Below are positions 26,778 to 35,793 of a stretch of 37,261 nt of DNA, piece by piece. The notes below the pieces were generated by a model that worked only from the letters and a program-made list of their open reading frames with translations, had not been told where the DNA came from and did not search any database. Both the position numbers and the translations under genes were made by a program. The stretch is from Streptomyces sp. (GTDB lineage Bacteria > Actinomycetota > Actinomycetes > Streptomycetales > Streptomycetaceae). The DNA lies in contig DASTDN010000415.1 in NCBI GenBank assembly GCA_035710365.1, positions 1-37,261 on the forward strand, given 5' to 3'. The number at the start of each line of letters is the position of its first letter. The first letter of the stretch is position 1.

Positions 26778-28967
26778 GTGCCCGACCGGCCGCCCCACGC
26801 CACGGTGGACATCGACGCCCCCACCGGCACCGTCCTGCTGCACCCCCCCACCCCCTGCTACGCCCTGCGCCTGGACCACGCCACGGGCACCGTGCGCCAC
26901 CTCCACTGGGGCGCGCCCCTCCCGCTGGCCGACGCGGCGGCCCTGCCCGCCTGGGCCGACCACGACGACAGCTTCGCCGGACGCCTCGACGGAGTGGAGG
27001 AGTACCCCGTCGAGGGCGGCGCCCGCTTCGGCACCCCCGCCCTGGACATCCGCCTCCCCGACGGCACCGGCCACCTCCAGCCCCGCCTCGACGGCGCCCG
27101 CGTCGTCGCCGGGGGACACCTCGCGATCTCCCTCCACGACCACGCCCACCCCCTGGCCTGGGAACTCCACTACCGGGTGCGCCCCGGCACCGACGTCGTC
27201 GAACGCTGGACGGAACTCACCCACACCGCCGCACCCGGCGCCGAGCCGCTGCTGCTCCTGCGCTGTGCCTCCGCCCACTGGCCCCTGCCGCCCCGCCCCG
27301 CCTGGCGGCAGTCGTCCGTCCACGGCGGCTGGTCCCGCGAACACCACCTGGAACGGACCACCCCCGCCGTCGGCGAAACGACGCTCACCAGCAGGCGCGG
27401 CCACACCGGCCACCAGGCCGGCCCCTGGACCATGCTCGATCCCGGACACGCCGACGAGGACCACGGAGAGGTCTGGACGACCGCCCTCGCCACCAGCGGC
27501 AGTTGGCGCCTCACCTTCCAGCGCACCGCCTCCGGACGCGCCGGAGTGATCGCCTCCGCGGGACACGAGGGCGTCGAGATCCCCCTCGCCCCGGGCCGGC
27601 GCCACACGACCCCCGTCAGCGTCGCCTCGTACACCACGGGCGGCTTCGGCGCCGCCAGCCGCGCCTTCCACTCCTACGTACGCGCCCACGTCCTGCCCCG
27701 CCCGCACGAGATCCGCCCCGTCCTGTACAACTCCTGGGAGGCCACGTCCTTCGAGGTGAGTGAGGACAACCAGCGGGACCTCGCCCGGCGGGCCGCCGCA
27801 CTCGGCGCGGAACTCTTCGTGGTGGACGACGGCTGGTTCACCGGCCGCGACGCCGACCGCTCGGGCCTCGGTGACTGGGCCCCGCACCCCCGCCGCTTCC
27901 CCCGCGGCCTGCGCCCCCTCGCCGACGAGGTGCACCGCCTCGGCATGGCGTTCGGCCTGTGGGTGGAACCCGAGATGGTCAACGCCGACAGCGACCTCTT
28001 CCGCCGCCACCCCGACTGGCTCCTGCACCTGCCCGACCGCCCGCCCACCGAACTGCGCCACCAGCTCGTCCTGGACTTCTCCCGCCGGGACGTCACCGAC
28101 TGGGCGTACGCGTGGCTCCGCGAAACGGTCGAGGACAACGACGTCGACTTCCTCAAGTGGGACTTCAACCGCTCCTTCACGGAGGCCACGTCCCCCGCCC
28201 CCGCTTCCGCCTCCGCAGCCGACGGCGCGGCCGGCCGCGCCGCACGCAGGGTGTACGTCGAGCACGCCGAGGGCGTCAGCCGCGTTCTGGAGCGGTTGCG
28301 CGCGGACGTCCCCCGCCTGCGCGTCGAGTCCTGCGCGGGCGGCGGAGGCCGCACCGACCTGAACATCCTCCGCCATACCGACCAGGTCTGGACGTCCGAC
28401 AACACCGACGCGGTGGACCGCCTCGCCATCCACCACGGCTTCAGCCAGATCCACCCCGCGGCCGTCATGTCGGCGTGGGTCACCGACACCCGCAACCCGC
28501 TGACGGGCCGCCACGTCCCGCTCCGCTTCCGCTTCCACTGCGCCATGGCGGGCGTCCTCGGCGTCGGAGGAGACCTCACCCGCTGGACACCCGGGGAACT
28601 GGACGAGGCCGCGCGCCTCGTCGGCCTCTACAAGGGCATCCGGGACGTCGTCCAGCACGGCCACCAGTACCGCCTCCTGGCGCCGGGGGAAGGACCCCTG
28701 ACCGCCGTCCAGTACGTCGACCCCACGGCCGAACGCACGGTCGTGTTCCTCTGGCGCCCCACGGCGTCCTTCGCTCCCGCCCACCCCCCGCTCCGCCTGC
28801 GGGGCCTCGACCCGGCCGCCGGCTACCACGACGAGGACACCGGCGCCCTCTGGTCCGCGGCGACCCTCACCGGCTACGGCCTGCCCCTGCCGGAGCTGCC
28901 ACAGGGGGACTGCGCGAGCGCGGTGGTACGGCTCACACGCCACCCCGCCGGGAGTGCGTCCGGCTGA
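26778..28967 (+). CDS. Alpha-galactosidase, glycoside hydrolase family 36
   Basis: RBS GAGGAG before GTG 26778. Motifs YNSWEAT, FVVDDGWF, FGLWVEPEMV, FLKWDFNR, ESCAGGGGR and WTSDNTD. Confidence 0.95.
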   Translation: MPDRPPHATVDIDAPTGTVLLHPPTPCYALRLDHATGTVRHLHWGAPLPLADAAALPAWADHDDSFAGRLDGVEEYPVEGGARFGTPALDIRLPDGTGHLQPRLDGARVVAGGHLAISLHDHAHPLAWELHYRVRPGTDVVERWTELTHTAAPGAEPLLLLRCASAHWPLPPRPAWRQSSVHGGWSREHHLERTTPAVGETTLTSRRGHTGHQAGPWTMLDPGHADEDHGEVWTTALATSGSWRLTFQRTASGRAGVIASAGHEGVEIPLAPGRRHTTPVSVASYTTGGFGAASRAFHSYVRAHVLPRPHEIRPVLYNSWEATSFEVSEDNQRDLARRAAALGAELFVVDDGWFTGRDADRSGLGDWAPHPRRFPRGLRPLADEVHRLGMAFGLWVEPEMVNADSDLFRRHPDWLLHLPDRPPTELRHQLVLDFSRRDVTDWAYAWLRETVEDNDVDFLKWDFNRSFTEATSPAPASASAADGAAGRAARRVYVEHAEGVSRVLERLRADVPRLRVESCAGGGGRTDLNILRHTDQVWTSDNTDAVDRLAIHHGFSQIHPAAVMSAWVTDTRNPLTGRHVPLRFRFHCAMAGVLGVGGDLTRWTPGELDEAARLVGLYKGIRDVVQHGHQYRLLAPGEGPLTAVQYVDPTAERTVVFLWRPTASFAPAHPPLRLRGLDPAAGYHDEDTGALWSAATLTGYGLPLPELPQGDCASAVVRLTRHPAGSASG

Positions 28968-29039
28968 CCGGCGCGGCCGCCTCGAACCGCGGACGGCTCG
29001 CTCGACAGGGCTCCCGCTCCGCCCCGCAGCCCGCTCCGC

Positions 29040-29074
29040 CGTCCGTGGGCCGTTGCGGCAACGGCCCACGGACG
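29040..29074. terminator. Long inverted repeat (17-bp arms) downstream of the galactosidase operon
   Basis: CGTCCGTGGGCCGTTGC-g-GCAACGGCCCACGGACG. Confidence 0.65.
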
Positions 29075-29127
29075 CCCGCCGCGCCGGGCGTCTGTCGCCC
29101 GGGCCTGCCCGGTGATGTGATCTCCGC

Positions 29128-29775
29128 ATGACAGCAGACAACGACCAGGACCTCGGCCAGGACGGCCAGCGCATGCGGGACCACTGGTGGTGGCGGCCCG
29201 GCTGGAGCGTGGGACGCCGCTTCTACACCTGGCACCTCACCTTCGAGGGCCAGCACGACCTGCACCGGCTCGCCGGCGCGTACCGGTCCGCCCTCGCTCC
29301 GCTGGGACCGGCCCTCACACCCGTCCCCGACCGGTGGCTGCACCTCACCATGCAGGGCGTCGCCTTCGCCGACGAGATCACGAGGGCGGACGTCGAGGCC
29401 GTCGTCGAGGCGGCCCGGCCGCGCCTCGCCGCCGTACCCGCCTTCGGACTCCGGCTGGGACCGGAGACCGTCGACCCCGAGGCCGTCCTCCTGCCCGCCC
29501 ACCCCGGCGCACCGGTGAAGGACGTGCGCAACGCGGTGCGGGCCGCGATCGGCGACGCCCTGGGCGACGTGCCGGAGCGCGCCGAGGACTTCCTCCCGCA
29601 CGTGTCCGTCGCCTACTCCGCCGCCGAGGGCCCCCGCACCGCCGTCGCCGACGCCCTGACCGGCCTCGACGCGCCGCCCGCGCACGTCCACGTCACCGCG
29701 GCGCAGCTCATCGTCATCCACCGCGACCGCCACATGTACGAGTGGGAGCCCCACGCGTCCGTGCCGCTCGGCTGA
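29128..29775 (+). CDS. 2H phosphoesterase / 2'-5' RNA ligase family protein
   Basis: Two HX(T/S) motifs, WLHLTM and PHVSVAY, and an N-terminal MRDHWWWRPGW segment. Alternative start ATG 29173. Confidence 0.8.
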   Translation: MTADNDQDLGQDGQRMRDHWWWRPGWSVGRRFYTWHLTFEGQHDLHRLAGAYRSALAPLGPALTPVPDRWLHLTMQGVAFADEITRADVEAVVEAARPRLAAVPAFGLRLGPETVDPEAVLLPAHPGAPVKDVRNAVRAAIGDALGDVPERAEDFLPHVSVAYSAAEGPRTAVADALTGLDAPPAHVHVTAAQLIVIHRDRHMYEWEPHASVPLG

Positions 29776-29902
29776 CCCGCACGGAGAGGACCGGCCACCG
29801 AGGCCGGGACGGGGGAACCGCGCCACCGCCTTTCCGCGTGATGTCCGACGTGCCGTGCTGACGTGACGTCAGGCGGCGGACGCGCGGGGAGGAACGGGTT
29901 CG

Positions 29903-31255
29903 ATGCGGGTTCGGGTGCGGGCGATGGCGGGCGTGACGCTACTGGCCTCGATGGCGCTGGTGGCGTGCGACCCGGAGGTACCGGACGAGTACACGGGCGC
30001 GGAACCCTCCGGGGCGACGGCGGTGGCCGCCGCCCGGTTCGCGCCGCTGGTGCGGCTCCACGAGAAGGAGTCCCTCATGCCGATGGACGCCTCGCACTTC
30101 GCCGGCCGGTCGGCGCTGCGCTACGACCACGACGGCCTGTGCCGCGGGGAGGAGCCCGTCGCCGACCCCGCCGACCCCGGGCGGCTGGGCCGGAAGGCGG
30201 CCGCCGACGCCTACCGGCATCACGACGTCGGACCGGGCAAGCAGTCCTCCACCCCGGTCTCCTGCCCCGGACACGGCGAGCGGGAGCGCGTCACCACCGA
30301 CAAGGACGCCCGCTTCTACCTCGATCCGCCCAAGGAGGTGCGCGTCGGCGAGGGCACCGGCGCGCCCGTCTACTGGGAACACCACAAGCACCGGAGCGAC
30401 CCGGAGCGCACGGCGTACGTGTACTGGTTCTTCTACGCCTACAACAAGCTGGTCCCCGGCAACCGGCACGAGGGCGACTGGGAGCGCGTCGCGGTCCAGT
30501 TGCGCGACGGCAGGCCGGACGCCGTGACGTTCGCCAAGCACGGCAGCAGCCCGTGCAGTGTGCCGTGGGGAGACATGAAGGTGAGCGACGGGCACCCGAC
30601 GGTGTACTCGGCGCTCGGCTCGCACGGCTCCTACCCGACCGGCGGGTACCACCGGGTGTCCGCCACGTTCGACCGCACCTCGGACCGCGGCGCCGAGTGG
30701 CGTACCTGGGACGACGCCCGCCCCCTCGACCGCGAACCCTGGTGGGGCTACGCCGGACGGTGGGGCGCGCAGCCGCACGTGGACGGCTTCAATGGGCCCG
30801 CGGGCCCCTACCCGGAGCGCCGGCTGCCGGGCATCTTCACCGACAAGCCCTGCAAGGGCGGCGGCAAGCCGCCCGCCGACCCCGCCACGCCCCCGCCGCC
30901 CGCGACCCACACCACCCAGGGGGCGATCCGGCGGTACGAGGAGTATCTGCACGCCGTCGGCCGCGAGGACCTCGACACCGCCTGCGAGATCGCCGGGCCC
31001 GCCGCCAAGCAGGCCGAGGACGAGGGCTTCGGCCCGTGCCGGGTGACGTTCCCCCTCATGTTCACGATGATCTCGCCGACGCAGAAGCAGGCCCTGCGCG
31101 GCGCGACCGTCGACCCGCGGCGCATCCAGGTACACACCCGCGACAAGATCGAGATGCCGGTCGAGTCGGTCAGGGCCTCCGTCACCTTCACCGAACGCGA
31201 ACTCGGCGACTCCACCCTGGAGTACGTGAACGGCGACTGGTACATCACCGACTGA
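29903..31255 (+). CDS. Lipoprotein with Vps62-like (HEGDWE) domain, Pro-rich linker and C-terminal domain of unknown function
   Basis: RBS GGAGG and lipobox LVAC. Motifs FAPLVRLH, YWFFYAYN, HEGDWE, SALGSHGSY, WGYAGRWG and GPAGP. Linker KPPADPATPPPP. Confidence 0.75.
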   Translation: MRVRVRAMAGVTLLASMALVACDPEVPDEYTGAEPSGATAVAAARFAPLVRLHEKESLMPMDASHFAGRSALRYDHDGLCRGEEPVADPADPGRLGRKAAADAYRHHDVGPGKQSSTPVSCPGHGERERVTTDKDARFYLDPPKEVRVGEGTGAPVYWEHHKHRSDPERTAYVYWFFYAYNKLVPGNRHEGDWERVAVQLRDGRPDAVTFAKHGSSPCSVPWGDMKVSDGHPTVYSALGSHGSYPTGGYHRVSATFDRTSDRGAEWRTWDDARPLDREPWWGYAGRWGAQPHVDGFNGPAGPYPERRLPGIFTDKPCKGGGKPPADPATPPPPATHTTQGAIRRYEEYLHAVGREDLDTACEIAGPAAKQAEDEGFGPCRVTFPLMFTMISPTQKQALRGATVDPRRIQVHTRDKIEMPVESVRASVTFTERELGDSTLEYVNGDWYITD

Positions 31256-31261
31256 GCCCCG

Positions 31262-31297
31262 CGGGGCCGGGCCGGGGGCGCCCCCGGCCCGGCCCCG
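31262..31297. terminator. Perfect 36-bp all-GC palindrome between convergent genes
   Basis: CGGGGCCGGGCCGGGGGC|GCCCCCGGCCCGGCCCCG starts 7 bp after the lipoprotein stop. Confidence 0.65.
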
Positions 31298-31413
31298 GAC
31301 ACGCGTGCGCCCGGCCGTCGCGGCCGGGACCGCCCCGGCCCCGGCCCGCGACTCCGGGGGCCCCACCGCCTCGCACGGACGGGCACGGCACCGTACGCGG
31401 CCGGACCGCCGCC

Positions 31414-33852
31414 TCAGCCGGTCAGATGCCGCTGGAGCCAGTCCGCGGAGGTGCGGCGGAACAGCCGCCGGTTGTCCGCGCGCAGGAAGTCGTGCCCCTC
31501 GTCGCGCAGGGTGAGCAGCTCGGCCGTGTGGCCCCGCTCGCGCGCGGCCCTGACGAACTGCTCCGACTCGCCCGGCGGCACGTTGGTGTCGTGCTCCCCG
31601 TGCACGGCGAGCAGCGGCACCCGCAGCGCGTCGATCCGGCTCATCGGCGACAGGGCGCGCAGCAGCTCGCGGTCGTGTTCGGGATGGCCGTACTTGTGCA
31701 CCGCGGACTGCGCGATCCACGGCTCGGTCCCCTCGAAGAACGTCGCGAAGTCCGACATGCCGCAGACCGCCACCCCGGTACGGAACAGACCGGGATGCCA
31801 CACCAGCGAGGCGAAGGCGAGATAGCCGCCGTACGAACGCCCCATGACGGCCAGCCGGGAGGGGTCGGCGAGACCGGCCAGGACCACGTGGGCGGCGCAG
31901 TCCGCGATGTCGTCGAGCGCGGCGAAACGGCCCGCGCCGAGATCGGCGTCGAGGAACGACCGCCCGTGCCCGGACGAGCCCCGCACGTCGGGCGCGAAGA
32001 CGTCGATGCCCCGCCCCAGGATCTCGTGGTACAGCGGGTTGAAGACGGGGCGTTCCTGCTCCTCCGGTCCGCCGTGCAGATGGATCACGCACGGCGCCGG
32101 CTGCGACGGGCCACGGCCGGGCGCCCGGTGGTACCAGCCGTTGAGCGCCAGCCCGTCCCGCGCGGCCGGGCCGAGCGGGAACGGCCGCGCGGGCGCCCGG
32201 CCCGCGGGCACCGCGTCCTCGTCCCGCGACGACCACGGCGTACGCAGCAGCGATCCGCCCTCGCTCTGCGCCCACACGCCGGGACGGCGCTGCGACCCCG
32301 ACAGGGCCAGCACCAGCCCGGCCGACCGGCCGGCCGGCACGATCCGCGTGACGACCTCGTGGGGCAGGTCCACGGCGCGGGGCGAACCGGTGGCGGTCCC
32401 GGACGGCAGGCCGACGACTTCCAGTTCGCTCGCGCCGCGCGTGTTCCAGGCCAGTGCCGCGCTCCGGGCGTCGTGGGTGATCCGCAGGAGTTCGAGGTCG
32501 CAGCCCTCCCGCAGGGCGGCGACGGACCGGCTCAGCGGCGCCCCCTCGTCGTCGAGGCCGACGGCGAGCAGTGCCGCGAACTCACGACCGGCATCGCTGC
32601 GCAGCCACACCGTGTCTCCCCGGGGGGAGAATCCGCCGATCCACGGGTCCCCGTCGGCCACCGGCACGACGTGGACGGTGGCGAGGTCGCGCATGCGCAC
32701 GATCACCGCCTCCCGCCGTCCGCGCGGCCCGCGGCGCAGCAGCGCGAGCTGGCCGTCCGCGCTCACGTCGCACACGCGGAGTGTCGCGCCGTCCGTCTCG
32801 GTGGCCAGGAGCATCGGCGCGGCCGACCCGTCGGGGTCGATCAGATAGGCGGACAGCCCGTCGCCGAAACCGGCCGACGCGGCAGCGGGCGTGGTGCCGG
32901 AGGGGGTGGCGGTCCCGAAGGGGGCCGTGGTGCCGGAGGGGGCCGTGGCGCGGGAGGGAGCCGTGGTGCGGGAGGGGGCGGCGGGCCGCCCCGTCTCGTC
33001 GGAGACCGCCGCCGGGCCGAGGAGCACGGCCCCGCCGCCCCGGCCGAACCGTCCGGGCAGCCCGGGACCGTCCGGCACCTGGAACGGCCCGGCGTACCGG
33101 TCGCCCCCGCCCGGAGACCCGCCGCCGCGGCCGCCGGGCGGGGCCGAAGAGGCGGACAGCGCCGTCGGTACCGCGACGGTGACGGCGACGGCCGTCCCGT
33201 CGTGCGTCCAGCACCCCAGGTAGGCCGACGTACCGGGTTCGGCCCCCGCGAGGACGTGGCGGCCGGTGCCGTCGGGACGTACGCACAGCACGCGCAGGTG
33301 CTCGCCGCCGCCGGGCGCCGTGGTGTAGGCGATCCAGCGCCCGTCCGGCGACCAGGACACCTCCCGCACGGGGTCGGGGTCGGCGTCGAGCAGCCGCACC
33401 TCGTCTCCGTCGACGGCCCCGGCCCACAGTTGCGGCACGCCACCGCGGTCACAGATGAACGCCACCCGCGTCCCGGACGGGTCGGCCGAGGGATACCAGC
33501 AGCCGTGCGCCGCGAGCCGGGTCGTGGCCTCCCGCGGTCCCGAGGCGTCCGGCAGCGGGACACGGGCGGGCGCGGCGCGGAGGGACTCGCGGTCGTCGGC
33601 GGGGTGGGCGGCCGGTTCCGCGTCGCGGACCGGTCGGGGGTCCGGGAACGGCTGGAGGCCGGAGGCGTGCGGAGGGCCCTGCGCGGCCCGGGTGCCGGCG
33701 GCCGGCCGGGCGGCGGCCGCACCATCACCGCCACCGCCGCCGTTTCCGCGCCCGTGGCACACCGGCCCGCCGCCGTCGGCCGCACCGGCCCCGTCGGCCG
33801 CACTGGTCCCACTGGTCCCGCCGTGCCGGCCGGCTCCGGGCCCGCCGGTCAT
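31414..33852 (-). CDS. S9 family (prolyl oligopeptidase / acylaminoacyl peptidase-like) peptidase
   Basis: Beta-propeller-like SWSPDGRWIAY, HGGPEEQ, PDVRGSSGHG, catalytic GRSYGG, HGEHDTNV and DEGH. ATG 33852 overlaps the amidotransferase stop (ATGA); the true start could be further downstream. Confidence 0.9.
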   Translation of the reverse strand: MTGGPGAGRHGGTSGTSAADGAGAADGGGPVCHGRGNGGGGGDGAAAARPAAGTRAAQGPPHASGLQPFPDPRPVRDAEPAAHPADDRESLRAAPARVPLPDASGPREATTRLAAHGCWYPSADPSGTRVAFICDRGGVPQLWAGAVDGDEVRLLDADPDPVREVSWSPDGRWIAYTTAPGGGEHLRVLCVRPDGTGRHVLAGAEPGTSAYLGCWTHDGTAVAVTVAVPTALSASSAPPGGRGGGSPGGGDRYAGPFQVPDGPGLPGRFGRGGGAVLLGPAAVSDETGRPAAPSRTTAPSRATAPSGTTAPFGTATPSGTTPAAASAGFGDGLSAYLIDPDGSAAPMLLATETDGATLRVCDVSADGQLALLRRGPRGRREAVIVRMRDLATVHVVPVADGDPWIGGFSPRGDTVWLRSDAGREFAALLAVGLDDEGAPLSRSVAALREGCDLELLRITHDARSAALAWNTRGASELEVVGLPSGTATGSPRAVDLPHEVVTRIVPAGRSAGLVLALSGSQRRPGVWAQSEGGSLLRTPWSSRDEDAVPAGRAPARPFPLGPAARDGLALNGWYHRAPGRGPSQPAPCVIHLHGGPEEQERPVFNPLYHEILGRGIDVFAPDVRGSSGHGRSFLDADLGAGRFAALDDIADCAAHVVLAGLADPSRLAVMGRSYGGYLAFASLVWHPGLFRTGVAVCGMSDFATFFEGTEPWIAQSAVHKYGHPEHDRELLRALSPMSRIDALRVPLLAVHGEHDTNVPPGESEQFVRAARERGHTAELLTLRDEGHDFLRADNRRLFRRTSADWLQRHLTG
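32890..32979 (-). repeat. Five imperfect 18-bp in-frame tandem repeats inside the S9 peptidase gene
   Basis: Plus-strand consensus CGTGGTGCCGGAGGGGGC x5, encoding APSRTT/APSRAT/APSGTT/APFGTA/TPSGTT. Confidence 0.8.
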
Positions 33853-35630
33853 ATCCCGTGCGTCTGCAGCCATATCTCCAACAGAGCCACTTGCCACAGC
33901 GCGTTCGCCCCGCGCTTCGTACGGTGTGTGTCGGGCGCCGCCAGGAGTCCGGCGACGTAGGAGTCCTTGAACAGCCCGCGCCGCCGTGCCTGCGGGGCGG
34001 CCAGCGCCTCGCGGACCCGTTCGAGGACGGGCCCCGCCATGTGCGTGATCGCCGGGACCGGGAAGTACCCCTTCGGGCGGTCCACCACGTCCTGCGGCAG
34101 CAGCTTGTGGCCCGCCTCCTTGAGCACGCCCTTGCCGCCCTCGGCGAGCTTCAGTTCCGGCGGGCAGGCCGCGGCCAGCTCCACCAGCTCGTGGTCCAGG
34201 AAGGGCACCCGGGCCTCCAGGCCCCAGGCCATCGTCATGTTGTCGACCCGCTTCACCGGGTCGTCCACGAGCATGACGTGCGTGTCCAGTCTCAGCGCCG
34301 CGTCCAGGGCGCTCTCCGCACCCGGCACGGCCATGTGATCCCGCACGAAACGGCCCGAGACGTCGTCCGGCGCGAGCATGTCCGGGTGCAGCATCCCGGC
34401 GAGGTCGGCGTGCGGCCGGTCGAAGTACGTCTCCGCGTACTGCTCGGGCTCCTCCTCGCGGGCCACGGAGGCCAGTTCGGGGTACCAGCGGTATCCGGCG
34501 AACACCTCGTCGGCGCCCTGCCCGCTCTGGACGACCTTGACCTCCTTGGCCACCTGCTCGGACAGCAGGTGGAACGCGACCACGTCATGGCTGATCATCG
34601 GTTCGCTCATCGCGGCGATCGCCCCGTCCAGGGCCTTCGACACCCGCTCGGAGGGAACCATGAGCTGGTGGTGGTCGGTGGCGAACTCCCGGGCGACCAG
34701 GTCGGAGTACCGGAACTCGTCCCCCTGGGCGCCGCCCTCGGACTCGAATCCCACGCTGAACGTGGCCAGGTCCCGCTGCCCCTCGTCGGCCAGCAGGGCG
34801 ACGATCAGGCTGGAGTCCAGACCGCCCGACAGCAGCACGCCCACCGGTACGTCCGCGACCATCCGGCGCCGCACGGCGGTGCGCAGCGCGTCGAGGACGG
34901 CGTCCCGCCACTCGTTCGGCCCCATGCCGGCGTACTCGGGCCGGCGGGTGTAGGACGGCTGCCAGTAGCGGTGGTCCCGGTGGCTGCCGTCCGGTTCCAC
35001 GACCCGCACGGTGGCGGGCGGCAGCTTGCGCACCCCGGCCAGTACCGTACGGGGCGCGGTAACGGTCGCGTGCCAGCTCAAGTACTGGTGGACGGCCGCC
35101 GGATCCAGCGAGGTGTCGACGTCCCCGCCGGCGAGCAGGGCGGGAAGCGACGAGGCGAACCGCAGCCGTCCGGGCATGGGCGCCAGGTACAGCGGCTTGA
35201 TGCCGAGCCGGTCACGGGCCAGCACCAGCCGCCCGGTGCGGTGCTCCACGAGCGCGAAGGCGAACATGCCGTGGAAGTGGTCGACGCACTCGGTGCCCCA
35301 CTCCCGGTACGCGGCGAGGACGACCTCGGTGTCGGACGTCGACCGGAACCGGTGCCCGAGCCGCAGCAACTCCTCGCGCAGCTCCTTGTAGTTGTAGATG
35401 CAGCCGTTGAAGACGCAGGTGACCTCTTCGGCGATGTCCGTCATCGGCTGCGAGCCCTGCTCGGACAGGTCGATGATCTTCAGCCGCTGATGGGCCAGTG
35501 CCACCGCGCCCCGCGACCAGAGGCCGTGCCCGTCGGGGCCGCGCGCGGTCAGCCGGTCGCTCATGCGCAGCACGGCCGCGAGATCGGGCCGCCCGCCGTC
35601 GAACCGTATTTCACCGCTCAGACCGCACAC
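33849..35630 (-). CDS. Asparagine synthetase-family glutamine amidotransferase, N-acetylglutaminylglutamine amide (NAGGN) amidotransferase-like
   Basis: N-terminal nucleophile MCGLSGE, RLKIIDL, FNGCIYNY, ARDRLGIKPLY, LSGGLDSS, SGQGADEVFAGY and LVDDPVKRVDNMTMAWGLEARVPFLD. The last motif and NGCIYNY are what I recognise as the NAGGN-type subfamily. Confidence 0.9.
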   Translation of the reverse strand: MCGLSGEIRFDGGRPDLAAVLRMSDRLTARGPDGHGLWSRGAVALAHQRLKIIDLSEQGSQPMTDIAEEVTCVFNGCIYNYKELREELLRLGHRFRSTSDTEVVLAAYREWGTECVDHFHGMFAFALVEHRTGRLVLARDRLGIKPLYLAPMPGRLRFASSLPALLAGGDVDTSLDPAAVHQYLSWHATVTAPRTVLAGVRKLPPATVRVVEPDGSHRDHRYWQPSYTRRPEYAGMGPNEWRDAVLDALRTAVRRRMVADVPVGVLLSGGLDSSLIVALLADEGQRDLATFSVGFESEGGAQGDEFRYSDLVAREFATDHHQLMVPSERVSKALDGAIAAMSEPMISHDVVAFHLLSEQVAKEVKVVQSGQGADEVFAGYRWYPELASVAREEEPEQYAETYFDRPHADLAGMLHPDMLAPDDVSGRFVRDHMAVPGAESALDAALRLDTHVMLVDDPVKRVDNMTMAWGLEARVPFLDHELVELAAACPPELKLAEGGKGVLKEAGHKLLPQDVVDRPKGYFPVPAITHMAGPVLERVREALAAPQARRRGLFKDSYVAGLLAAPDTHRTKRGANALWQVALLEIWLQTHGI

Positions 35631-35749
35631 GGCGCATCACCTCGCCGGTACTCGTGGCGGCCCGCGCCCCGGACGACTGCGACGTCCCGGACGTCCGGTG
35701 GGGTCTGCGCGGGTCCGCCGGCCGGAAGCCGGGCCGGGCTGGTGGACAT
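35618..35749 (-). CDS. Putative small ORF (43 aa) not in the ORF track
   Basis: AAGGAGG 9 nt before ATG 35749. Translates MSTSPARLPAGGPAQTPPDVRDVAVVRGAGRHEYRRGDAPCAV*. The stop lies 13 nt inside the amidotransferase gene. Confidence 0.45.
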   Translation of the reverse strand: MSTSPARLPAGGPAQTPPDVRDVAVVRGAGRHEYRRGDAPCAV

Positions 35750-35793
35750 GGGCTGGTGCCTCCTTGGGGGTGAGAGGGGAGGGTACGCCGGTC

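Noticed and set aside
29863..33960. 1365-aa plus-strand ORF and many other long Arg/Pro/Gly-rich ORFs in the track (for example 2204-4630, 26445-29174, 33858-36041)
   Set aside because: They are shadow frames of high-GC genes. They overlap well-supported CDSs in other frames or on the other strand and carry no recognisable motifs.
31414..35749. Lasso peptide cluster (small ORF, AsnB-like cyclase, S9 isopeptidase)
   Set aside because: The amidotransferase keeps a full N-terminal Cys glutaminase domain, there is no B1/RRE or B2 transglutaminase-like protease, and the small ORF lacks a lasso leader motif.
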